From Elusimicrobiota bacterium (GTDB lineage Bacteria > Elusimicrobiota > Elusimicrobia > F11), in NCBI GenBank assembly GCA_046153645.1, contig JBJXGI010000072.1, positions 1 to 24,157 on the forward strand: a stretch of DNA of 24,157 bases. Reading direction: 5' to 3'. A program made the position numbers and the translations under genes. Below, in pieces: positions 10,819 through 18,429 of this stretch; the first letter of the stretch is position 1, and each line of letters opens with the position of its first letter. Under the pieces are notes generated by a model, which was not told the DNA's origin, made no database searches, and saw nothing but the letters and a program-made list of their open reading frames with translations.

Positions 10819-12720
10819 AACTTTCCTCTCATACCATTCAATAAACATAAGTAACGTCCAAAGCGGGCGGGCCAGGTTCGCCTTTTTTGAAGTGTGAAGC
10901 TTCAAGAGTCGTAAAGGTTCTTCTTTGTTTAAGTAAGGATTTCGACTTACATTATCGGGGGAAAATTTTTTCTCAGTATAGTTATAGAGTTGTCCAGCCA
11001 TCCAACTCCCCATGGGTGGAGAAAATCCTTTTTTCGACCCTTCAATAATATTTTTGGGCAATCGGTCTTTCATCAGTTTTCTAAGAAGATATTTAGTTGA
11101 AAATCCTTTGATTTTATATTTGACAGGAATTTCATCACAAAAATCAACCATTTCATTGTCAAGAAAAGGGGGGCGAACCTCCAATGAGTTAGCCATACTC
11201 ATTCGATCCACTTTTACGAGAAATTCATCGAGTAAGTGTGTTTTTCGATCCATATAAAGAAATCTCTCTAATTCTTCTCGATTGAGAGATTCTTCATACG
11301 CGCGGACAAAATTTTCTGCCAATAACTTTTGTTTGATTGATTCTTTAAAAACGGAAGAAAACAATTTATCTTTTTCTTCAGTTGAGAACACTTCTGTCCA
11401 ACCAAAATGAGCCAGTTCAGGGGATCTGTCTGCTGCTTTAACAAAAGCTTTCAATTTGAAGTCCCAACTCACGCGGCTATAACTGGTCGGTAAATTTTGG
11501 ATAAACGGTTTGATCACTCGTGAGCGCAAAAAAAGAGGAAGCCGATGATAATTTTTCAATTGTTGATCGGCTAAGTAGGTTGTGTAACCGCCCAGTAGTT
11601 CATCACCACCGTCTCCGGAAAGTGCCACCGTCATATGTTCTCTGGCCAACTTTGTTAAAAAGTAACTTGGAATCATAGAGTCATCTGAAAATGGTTCGTC
11701 AAATGAATCAATTAATAAAGGGATGATGGGGACAATATGAGGATTAACTTCCATCTCAATATGTTTTGTTTTCAAATGTTCTGATACTTGTTTTGCTTCT
11801 TTACGCTCAGAAAAAGACTTATCACTAAAATATATATTGAAAGTTAATAAATCCGGATTTATTTTTTTTGCATAGTAAGAAATGGTGGGAGAGTCTAAAC
11901 CTCCTGAGAGAAAAGCTCCCAGCGGGACGTCGCTGACCATCTGACGTTTTACGGAGCTTGCGAGTAGGGAATCTAATTTCTCTAAGTAATATGAAATTCC
12001 TTTGTCTTCAGGTTTTCGATGTTGAGCGGTCCAATATTGCTGAAATCGAATTGATCCTTTTTGCCAAATAAGAGTAGTGGCTGGTTCTAGTTTGCGAATT
12101 GATTTATAAATTGTTCGAGGTGTGGGAATATACCGAAGAGAGAAAAAATCATCTATGGCTAACGGGTCAATTTCTTTATCTATAGAAGGGAATTTAAGTA
12201 GAGATTTAATTTCAGAGCCAAAAACCAAGTTTTTCCCAATAATCGAATAATAAAGAGGTTTTATTCCCATTCGGTCGCGGGTTAAAACGAGTTGATCTTT
12301 TTTCTTGTCCCAAAGAGCGAAGGCAAACATTCCATTTAACCGTTGAATCATTTCAACGCCCCAGGCGTCATAAGCATGAACTAGAATTTCAGTATCAGAT
12401 TTCGTTTTAAAAGTGTAGCCTAAGTTTTGTAATTCTCGTCGTAGTTCCTGAAAATTATAAATTTCACCATTAAAAACGACTGTTGTTGTTAAATCACTTT
12501 TACTCATGGGTTGTTTTCCATGATTAATATCAATAATGGCAAGACGTCTTGCGCCAAGAGCCACGATGGTGTTTTTTTGAGACACAACAGAGGGTTGTGA
12601 AGTAAAATGACCTTGATCATCTGGGCCTCTATGCTGGATAACATCCGTCATAGATTGAAGCAACGATATTGGATCAATATAATGAGATTGAGAAGAAACA
12701 AATCCACAAATGCCGCACAT
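10810..12720 (-). CDS. asnB: Asparagine synthase (glutamine-hydrolysing) family amidotransferase
   Basis: Ntn nucleophile MCGICG, HRGPD, RRLAIID, FNGEIYNF, SDTEIL, LNGMFAFA, RDRMGIKPLYY, PP-loop LSGGLDS, SGDGGDELLGGY, KVDRMSMANSLEVRPPFLD. The substrate (Asp versus a cell-envelope polymer) cannot be read from the sequence. Confidence 0.93.
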   Translation of the reverse strand: MCGICGFVSSQSHYIDPISLLQSMTDVIQHRGPDDQGHFTSQPSVVSQKNTIVALGARRLAIIDINHGKQPMSKSDLTTTVVFNGEIYNFQELRRELQNLGYTFKTKSDTEILVHAYDAWGVEMIQRLNGMFAFALWDKKKDQLVLTRDRMGIKPLYYSIIGKNLVFGSEIKSLLKFPSIDKEIDPLAIDDFFSLRYIPTPRTIYKSIRKLEPATTLIWQKGSIRFQQYWTAQHRKPEDKGISYYLEKLDSLLASSVKRQMVSDVPLGAFLSGGLDSPTISYYAKKINPDLLTFNIYFSDKSFSERKEAKQVSEHLKTKHIEMEVNPHIVPIIPLLIDSFDEPFSDDSMIPSYFLTKLAREHMTVALSGDGGDELLGGYTTYLADQQLKNYHRLPLFLRSRVIKPFIQNLPTSYSRVSWDFKLKAFVKAADRSPELAHFGWTEVFSTEEKDKLFSSVFKESIKQKLLAENFVRAYEESLNREELERFLYMDRKTHLLDEFLVKVDRMSMANSLEVRPPFLDNEMVDFCDEIPVKYKIKGFSTKYLLRKLMKDRLPKNIIEGSKKGFSPPMGSWMAGQLYNYTEKKFSPDNVSRNPYLNKEEPLRLLKLHTSKKANLARPLWTLLMFIEWYERKVLV

Positions 12721-12747
12721 TGAAACTTTTTAGCAAAAAGCGATACT
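12720..12747 (+). promoter_or_regulatory. Candidate sigma70-type promoter for the DUF72-polX unit (possibly leaderless)
   Basis: TTGAAA (12720-12725), 16-nt spacer, GATACT (12742-12747), 6 nt, then ATG 12754; no SD sequence in the gap. Confidence 0.3.
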
Positions 12748-12753
12748 CTTAAC

Positions 12754-13470
12754 ATGATTAAAATTGGATGTTCGGGGTTTTTAATTGCTCAATCGCGCTA
12801 CTTTTCTCAATTTGGCGTGGTTGAGGCGATTGATTTCTTTGATAAAACACCTCTAGATAAAACCGTCGAACGATGGAGATCTTCTGCTCCAGCTTCATTT
12901 GAATTCATTTCTGTTTGTTCAAAGAAAGTGACACACCAAGAAATGAAAACCCCTATGAAAGGCCCTAGTTTTACCTCTACTGCCCAAGGTTATTTTCATG
13001 ATTCAGACGTTGTTAAAAACCATTTTCAGTCCTCTCTTAAAAGATCTCAAAAACTTGACTCCAAAGTTCTCTTATTTTTAACTCCGAAAGGGTTTATTCC
13101 TCATCCGGACAACGTGGGACGATTGCAGAAGTTTTTTAAAGTCAAAACCACCTCAGCGCTTCATTATGCATGGGAAGCACCTCGCTTATGGCCGGTAAAT
13201 CTTATTACATCACTTTCCTTGTCATTGGGATTTACGCCTGTTTTTAACCCTTTAAGTTGGAGAGAAATGCCTAAAACACCGATGCGTTACTTTCGCTTGG
13301 GAGCTGAAGGGAAAACGACTGGCATTGGACGTTTTAGTGATGAGGATCTTCATCAGATTTATTCTAAATGTGATAAAGGTCTGTGTTATGTTATTTTCAA
13401 TAATGGTCCAACTGCTGTTGATGACGCCCTTCGATTTTCAAAGTTAGTAAAAAGTAAGGGAATTCGTTAA
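12754..13470 (+). CDS. DUF72 (YecE-like TIM barrel) family protein, divergent
   Basis: IKIGCSGF, YFSQFGVVE, RWRSSAPASFEF, VTH, AWE, YFRL, YVIFNN, A..DALRF follow the DUF72 layout; several normally conserved positions differ. Confidence 0.8.
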   Translation: MIKIGCSGFLIAQSRYFSQFGVVEAIDFFDKTPLDKTVERWRSSAPASFEFISVCSKKVTHQEMKTPMKGPSFTSTAQGYFHDSDVVKNHFQSSLKRSQKLDSKVLLFLTPKGFIPHPDNVGRLQKFFKVKTTSALHYAWEAPRLWPVNLITSLSLSLGFTPVFNPLSWREMPKTPMRYFRLGAEGKTTGIGRFSDEDLHQIYSKCDKGLCYVIFNNGPTAVDDALRFSKLVKSKGIR

Positions 13471-13481
13471 AGGTTTGAATT

Positions 13482-15203
13482 ATGATTAATAAAAAAATAT
13501 CTGAATTACTTAATGAAATCTCCGATTTTCTGGAAATGGAAAAAGACAATCCTTTTCGAATTCGTGCATTTCGTCGAGGAGCTCAAACCATTGAATCTTT
13601 GACTGATGATTTAGAAAAACTAGATAAAAAAGAATGGTTGAAAATACCCGGTATTGGCAAAGGAATTGCTGAAATGGTTGAAGAGTTTATGAGATCGGGA
13701 AAAATTGCTGAGCTAGAAAAATTAAAAAAGAAATATCCTGAATCATTACTTGAAATGATGAAGATTCCAGGCTTAGGCCCCAAAAGAGCCGCACAATTAT
13801 TTAAAGATCGCGGGATCGATAACGTCGAAAAACTTGAAAAGTTAGCCAAGGGTGGGGAATTATCTGATCTTCCTGGATTTGGAAAGATTTTAGAAAAAAA
13901 TATTCTTTCAGGAATTTCATTGGCAACTGAATTCTCATCTAGAATTCTTATTTCACAAGCTTTAACTCTTATTGATGATATTAAAGGGCATCTTTCTTCC
14001 TCTTCTCATATTCAGGCGTTTGAAGTGGCGGGTTCAGCCCGTCGTTGGAAAGAAACAGTGGGAGATTTGGATTTTTTAGCCATCAGTCATCATCCCGAAG
14101 CTGCGGTGGCTCATTTTTTGAAAATTCCAGGAATCAAAAAAATATTGGCTTCTGGTGATACAAGAGCAAGTGTTATTTTAGAAAGTGGAACTCAATGTGA
14201 TTTTAGGGTTGTTGCGGCTAAATCTTATGGCGCGGCGCTCCTTTATTTTACGGGATCTAAAGAGCACAATGTTCGTCTTCGTGAATTGGCTTTAAAAAAG
14301 GGCCTGACTCTAAATGAATATGGCCTCTATAAAATAACAGATAAATTAAAGAAAAACCCCGTAGCCGGAGAGAAAGAAGAAGATGTTTATAACGTTTTGG
14401 GTTTACAGTGGATTCCTCCTGAATTGAGAGAGGATAGGGGGGAAATTGAAGCCGCCTTAAATAACAAACTTCCTCAACTGGTTACCATTGATGACATTAA
14501 AGGAGATTTTCATAATCACACGACACTATCCGATGGATCTCATTCATTAGAAGAGATGATTCAGGCCGCTCAAAATAAGGGATGGAAATGGTACTTCTGT
14601 GCTGATCATTCGCCATCATTGAAAATCGCTTCAGGTTTGCCCGTTCCGGTTTTATATAAAAAAATAGAGACATTAAAAAAATTGAATAAAGGCTTTAAAA
14701 ATTTTAAAGCTTTCTGTAGTTCTGAAGTTGATATTTTATCCGAAGGGCAAATGGATTATCCCAATTCAGTATTAGAAGAGTTAGATTGTGTCGTGGCAAG
14801 TGTTCATTCTCGGTTTAAGCAAGATGAAGCGACCATGACAAAGAGAATTTGTCGCGCTCTAGAAAATAAGCATGTTGATATTCTCGGTCATTTAACCGGA
14901 CGTTTGATTGGAAAAAGAGATTCTTATTCTTTTGATTTAGATCAAGTTTTACAAACCGCGGCTAAAACTCAAACCGCCATTGAAATTAACGGACAACCTG
15001 AAAGGCAGGAGCTCAATGATGTTGGAGTTAGAAAAGCGATTCAAATGGGCGTTCCCTTGGCAGTTTCAACAGATGCTCATTCGATCAAAGACTTAGATAA
15101 TATGACCTTAGCTGTCCACATCGCTCGACGTGGTTGGGCAGAACCAAAAAACATTATTAATACTTTAAGTGAAAAAGAAATTGGAGAGTGGTTAAAATCA
15201 TGA
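13482..15203 (+). CDS. polX: DNA polymerase X with C-terminal PHP (3'-5' exonuclease/AP endonuclease) domain
   Basis: NPFRIRAFRR, HhH motifs IPGIGKG/IPGLGPK/LPGFG, catalytic GSARR.KETVGDLD and CDFR, YFTGSKEHN, PPELRE; PHP metal motifs DFHNHT..SDG, DHS, EVDI, SVH, GHLTGR, TDAH. Confidence 0.97.
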   Translation: MINKKISELLNEISDFLEMEKDNPFRIRAFRRGAQTIESLTDDLEKLDKKEWLKIPGIGKGIAEMVEEFMRSGKIAELEKLKKKYPESLLEMMKIPGLGPKRAAQLFKDRGIDNVEKLEKLAKGGELSDLPGFGKILEKNILSGISLATEFSSRILISQALTLIDDIKGHLSSSSHIQAFEVAGSARRWKETVGDLDFLAISHHPEAAVAHFLKIPGIKKILASGDTRASVILESGTQCDFRVVAAKSYGAALLYFTGSKEHNVRLRELALKKGLTLNEYGLYKITDKLKKNPVAGEKEEDVYNVLGLQWIPPELREDRGEIEAALNNKLPQLVTIDDIKGDFHNHTTLSDGSHSLEEMIQAAQNKGWKWYFCADHSPSLKIASGLPVPVLYKKIETLKKLNKGFKNFKAFCSSEVDILSEGQMDYPNSVLEELDCVVASVHSRFKQDEATMTKRICRALENKHVDILGHLTGRLIGKRDSYSFDLDQVLQTAAKTQTAIEINGQPERQELNDVGVRKAIQMGVPLAVSTDAHSIKDLDNMTLAVHIARRGWAEPKNIINTLSEKEIGEWLKS

Positions 15204-15589
15204 AACGAAATAAGTTTTATCGACTGGTTCGGTCACCTTATTGGCCGGCTCTTATGTCAGCGGTTGTTTTTCCTGGAATGGGGCAAGTTATTAATAAAGA
15301 ATTTAAGAAAGGCATTTTCCTTTTTATAGCGTCTTTCGGTTCGATGGCGATGTTTTCACGGGTGGTAACAGATCGATTGTCATTCCTTTTACCTGGAACG
15401 CCAGATCAATGGACACGAAATCCCGATGTTTTCAAACGCGCTATGTTGGAATTTGTTTCTAGTCATAAAACATTGGTTTTTACTTTTTACGCGTTGGTGT
15501 TTCTTATTTGGGTTTATGCCATTTATGATGCTTTCGTGACAGCAAAACAAAAAAAAATTCAAAAGCCTCAGGATTCTCAATCTCAATGA
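15200..15589 (+). CDS. Small integral membrane protein (TM2/DUF5683-like SAxxPGxGQ motif)
   Basis: ATG at 15200 overlaps the polX stop (ATGA). ALMSAVVFPGMGQVINKEFKKG followed by hydrophobic segments and W.YAIYDAF. Confidence 0.7.
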   Translation: MKRNKFYRLVRSPYWPALMSAVVFPGMGQVINKEFKKGIFLFIASFGSMAMFSRVVTDRLSFLLPGTPDQWTRNPDVFKRAMLEFVSSHKTLVFTFYALVFLIWVYAIYDAFVTAKQKKIQKPQDSQSQ

Positions 15590-15653
15590 GAATGTTAATA
15601 GAAATGGTTTAAAATTTTCGTATCATCTTATTATTCAATCACTTTGTAAGTTC

Positions 15654-15659
15654 GAGGAG
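15654..15659 (+). promoter_or_regulatory. Shine-Dalgarno site for the Lrp/AsnC ligand-binding domain gene
   Basis: GAGGAG 6 nt upstream of ATG 15666. Confidence 0.7.
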
Positions 15660-15665
15660 AATTTT

Positions 15666-15899
15666 ATGATTACGGGTCTTGTTTTGGTTCGCCTTCAAGC
15701 GGGAAAAGAAAATCAAGCTTTAACAAAAATAAAAGAAATTAAGGGGATATCCCATGTTTCAGCGGTTTATGGACGCTGGGATTTGGTTATCGATGTTGAA
15801 ACAGATGATTTACCGACGATGAGTCATCTGGTGGTTGAAAAATTAAGAACTATTCCCGGAGTTTATGCGACCGAAACATTGGTTACAACCGCTATTTAA
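15666..15899 (+). CDS. Stand-alone Lrp/AsnC ligand-binding (RAM) domain protein, no HTH
   Basis: 77 aa with ferredoxin-like alternation MITGLVLVRL..G.E, IKGISHVSAVYGRWDLVI.VE, LRTIPGVYATETLV; lacks the N-terminal HTH. Confidence 0.88.
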   Translation: MITGLVLVRLQAGKENQALTKIKEIKGISHVSAVYGRWDLVIDVETDDLPTMSHLVVEKLRTIPGVYATETLVTTAI

Positions 15900-17170
15900 T
15901 GCCCAAGCCTCAAGTTTTAAATAAAGCTCCTTATTCGTTTAAGGGGACAGAAATCTACACCCTTTCAAATGGATTAAGAGTTATCTTAAATCAAGATAAA
16001 TCAATTCCAGTCACCGCCATGCAAGTTTGGGCCAGGTGTGGTGCAATCGATGAAGAACCTCGTGTTTATGGTATTTCCCATGGGTTAGAGCATATGGTTT
16101 TCAAAGGAACGCCCACTCGATCTGCTGGTGAAATTACCCGCCTTATAGAATCAAATGGTGGTGCCATTAATGCGGCAACTCAATTAGAAACAACTCATTA
16201 CTATATCGATATTCCTTCCTATGGGACCAAGCCTGCCTTAGAGGTTCTTTTAGATACCATTTTAAACCCTACCTTTCCGAAAGAAGAACTCGATCGAGAA
16301 CGTTTGGTGATCTTAGAAGAGATTAATCGCCGCGACGATAGTCCAGATGCCACCTTGTGGGACGAATTTGCTTCACATGTATTTAAAGGCACTCCTTATG
16401 GAATTAAGGTGATTGGGTCTAGGGATTCCGTTTCAGCCATTACGACGAATGATTTACACCAATATTTTCGGCAACACTATGTGCCTTCTAACCTATCGGT
16501 GGTATTATCAGGTGATTTCAACAAATCAATGGTATTAGATTTGATTCAGACAAAGTTCGAAAAATTAAAACCACAAGAAGCGCCCAAAAAACCAACGGTT
16601 CAATTGGATGGAAACAAACTCTCTGATTTATCCATTAAAAAACATATTCAACTTTCTTATGTCGCGATGGGGTTTTCAACCATTGGAATGACTCACAAAG
16701 ATTCTATTGCTTTAGATTTAATTGCAGATATTTTGGGCGGTGGGGCAAGCGCGCGACTCTATCAAAAATTACGAGAAGAAGAAGAAATGGTGTTTTCAAT
16801 TAGTAGTGACTATATTCCGTTCCAACAGAAAGGAATGTTTGCTGTGTTTTTAGAATGTTTACCACAAAATGTGGATAGAGCTATTAATCAAGTGAAAGAA
16901 GAAATAAATCGCTTTGGCCTGACTCCACCCACTTCAAGTGAAATGATTCGCGCAAAAACTCGAATTAAAAGCGATTGGCTTCATGGATCAGAAACGCCTC
17001 ATGGAAGAGCCAATAGTTTAGGTTCTCTTTCTATTCATGGTCAGATTGATCTCCTCTCTCGTTATTTACCAGAAATTGAGAGCCTTTCTATTGAACATCT
17101 CAAAACAATTTTCTCTACCTATTTAGCCAACGCTTCGTTTGCGACCGTCACATTAAATCCTGAATCATGA
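15899..17170 (+). CDS. M16B zinc metallopeptidase, catalytic (HXXEH) subunit
   Basis: TLSNGLRV, GISHGLEHMVFKGT (inverted zinc motif), NAAT, distal ERLVILEE zinc ligand, Y.PSNL.VVLSGD, ILGGGASARLYQKLRE. Confidence 0.93.
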   Translation: MPKPQVLNKAPYSFKGTEIYTLSNGLRVILNQDKSIPVTAMQVWARCGAIDEEPRVYGISHGLEHMVFKGTPTRSAGEITRLIESNGGAINAATQLETTHYYIDIPSYGTKPALEVLLDTILNPTFPKEELDRERLVILEEINRRDDSPDATLWDEFASHVFKGTPYGIKVIGSRDSVSAITTNDLHQYFRQHYVPSNLSVVLSGDFNKSMVLDLIQTKFEKLKPQEAPKKPTVQLDGNKLSDLSIKKHIQLSYVAMGFSTIGMTHKDSIALDLIADILGGGASARLYQKLREEEEMVFSISSDYIPFQQKGMFAVFLECLPQNVDRAINQVKEEINRFGLTPPTSSEMIRAKTRIKSDWLHGSETPHGRANSLGSLSIHGQIDLLSRYLPEIESLSIEHLKTIFSTYLANASFATVTLNPES

Positions 17171-18429
17171 ATAAAAAACGGCCCTATAAGGAAATTCGGT
17201 TTTCTAATGGTGTGACCATTATTTATTCCTTCACTGAGAAAAACCCTATTTCAGCGTGCCATTTGTTTTTACCACAAGGAACAGGAACAGAACCTCTTTC
17301 TAAATCAGGTGTGACCACACTTTTATGGTCGCTTCTTTTAAAAGGGACAAAACAACGGACCGCCAAAGAAATAGCTGAATTAATGGAATCGAGGGGCGCT
17401 TCTATTGGTGCTGGTGCAACTCATGATTATTCAGAAGTATCCTGTCATTCTATTTCAGAAAACTTCCCATTGGTTTTAGATCTTTTTTCTGAAGTTTTAT
17501 TTGAGCCCTTATTTGATAAACAAGAAGTAGAAAAAGAACGAAGGGCTTTAATCGCGGGAATTCAATCAAAAAAAGAAAGTATTTATTCCATCGCGAGCGA
17601 AGAGTTAAATAAATTCCTCTTTGAAAATCATGCTTATTCTCGGCCGTCAAGTGGGATTGAATCGACAGTGAAAGAATTATCTGTTGAAGATCTAAATGAT
17701 AGGCATCAAAGTATATTATCTCCCCACGGAGTGGTACTTTCTATTGCCACCAACCATACTTTGAAATTATTATTGCCTCAATTAACCAAAATATTTGGCT
17801 CAGAAAAATGGAAAGAAAATAAGAAAGAAAAAAAACATGGGAAAATTTTTGAAACCCCTATTCCACCTAAATCAATTGAATTTGAAAAATCAGAACATTT
17901 TGAGCAAGCTTTTTTAATGATGGGTTTTCCAGCAGCTCCTATTGCCTCAAAAGATTACGTGATATTAAAAGTTTTTAATGGCGTGTTGGGCGGAGGGATG
18001 AGTACGCGTCTTTTTCAAGAACTCCGTGAAAAACATGGTTTGGCTTATGACGTGGGTTCTTACTATGTGTCGAAAAAAGCTGGGAGTTCCTGGGTCGTTT
18101 ATATAGGTCTCCAAGAATCTCGAATAGAAGAAGCAGAATTAAAAATTAAAGAAGTGTTAAATGAAATCTCTTCAAAGAAGATTCCAGCGAAAGAATTAGA
18201 AGAGGTTAAAAGTTACCTTAAAGGGTCGTTTATTCTTGATCACCAAACCAGTAGTCAAATTGCTCATTATTTAGGGTGGTGGAAAATTTTGGGACTTCGC
18301 CCCAATTTTGACCGTGAATATTTAAAAAAAATAAATGGCGTATCTAGTCAAAAAATTTTAACAACGGTTAAGAAATATCTCTCACTTCCTTCTGTGACGA
18401 TTCGAATTTTACCAGGAAAGAATAAATGA
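17167..18429 (+). CDS. M16B peptidase non-catalytic partner subunit
   Basis: Same fold layout (FSNGV, LLKGTKQRTA.EIAE, LGGGMSTRLFQELREKHGLAY), but the HXXEH position reads TLLWS, so no zinc site; ATGA overlap with the upstream paralog. Confidence 0.9.
   Translation: MNKKRPYKEIRFSNGVTIIYSFTEKNPISACHLFLPQGTGTEPLSKSGVTTLLWSLLLKGTKQRTAKEIAELMESRGASIGAGATHDYSEVSCHSISENFPLVLDLFSEVLFEPLFDKQEVEKERRALIAGIQSKKESIYSIASEELNKFLFENHAYSRPSSGIESTVKELSVEDLNDRHQSILSPHGVVLSIATNHTLKLLLPQLTKIFGSEKWKENKKEKKHGKIFETPIPPKSIEFEKSEHFEQAFLMMGFPAAPIASKDYVILKVFNGVLGGGMSTRLFQELREKHGLAYDVGSYYVSKKAGSSWVVYIGLQESRIEEAELKIKEVLNEISSKKIPAKELEEVKSYLKGSFILDHQTSSQIAHYLGWWKILGLRPNFDREYLKKINGVSSQKILTTVKKYLSLPSVTIRILPGKNK

Noticed and set aside
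11012..11257. 81-aa + strand ORF opposite asnB
   Set aside because: Antisense to the conserved AsnB C-terminal motifs; no supporting features.
15188..15199. GTG start for the membrane protein
   Set aside because: ATG 15200 in an ATGA overlap with the polX stop fits the coupling pattern of the region better.
15590..15665. Possible sRNA, riboswitch or terminator in the longest intergenic gap
   Set aside because: 76 nt, AT-rich, no stable hairpin or U-tract; only a weak TATCAT -10-like hexamer and the RBS are visible.
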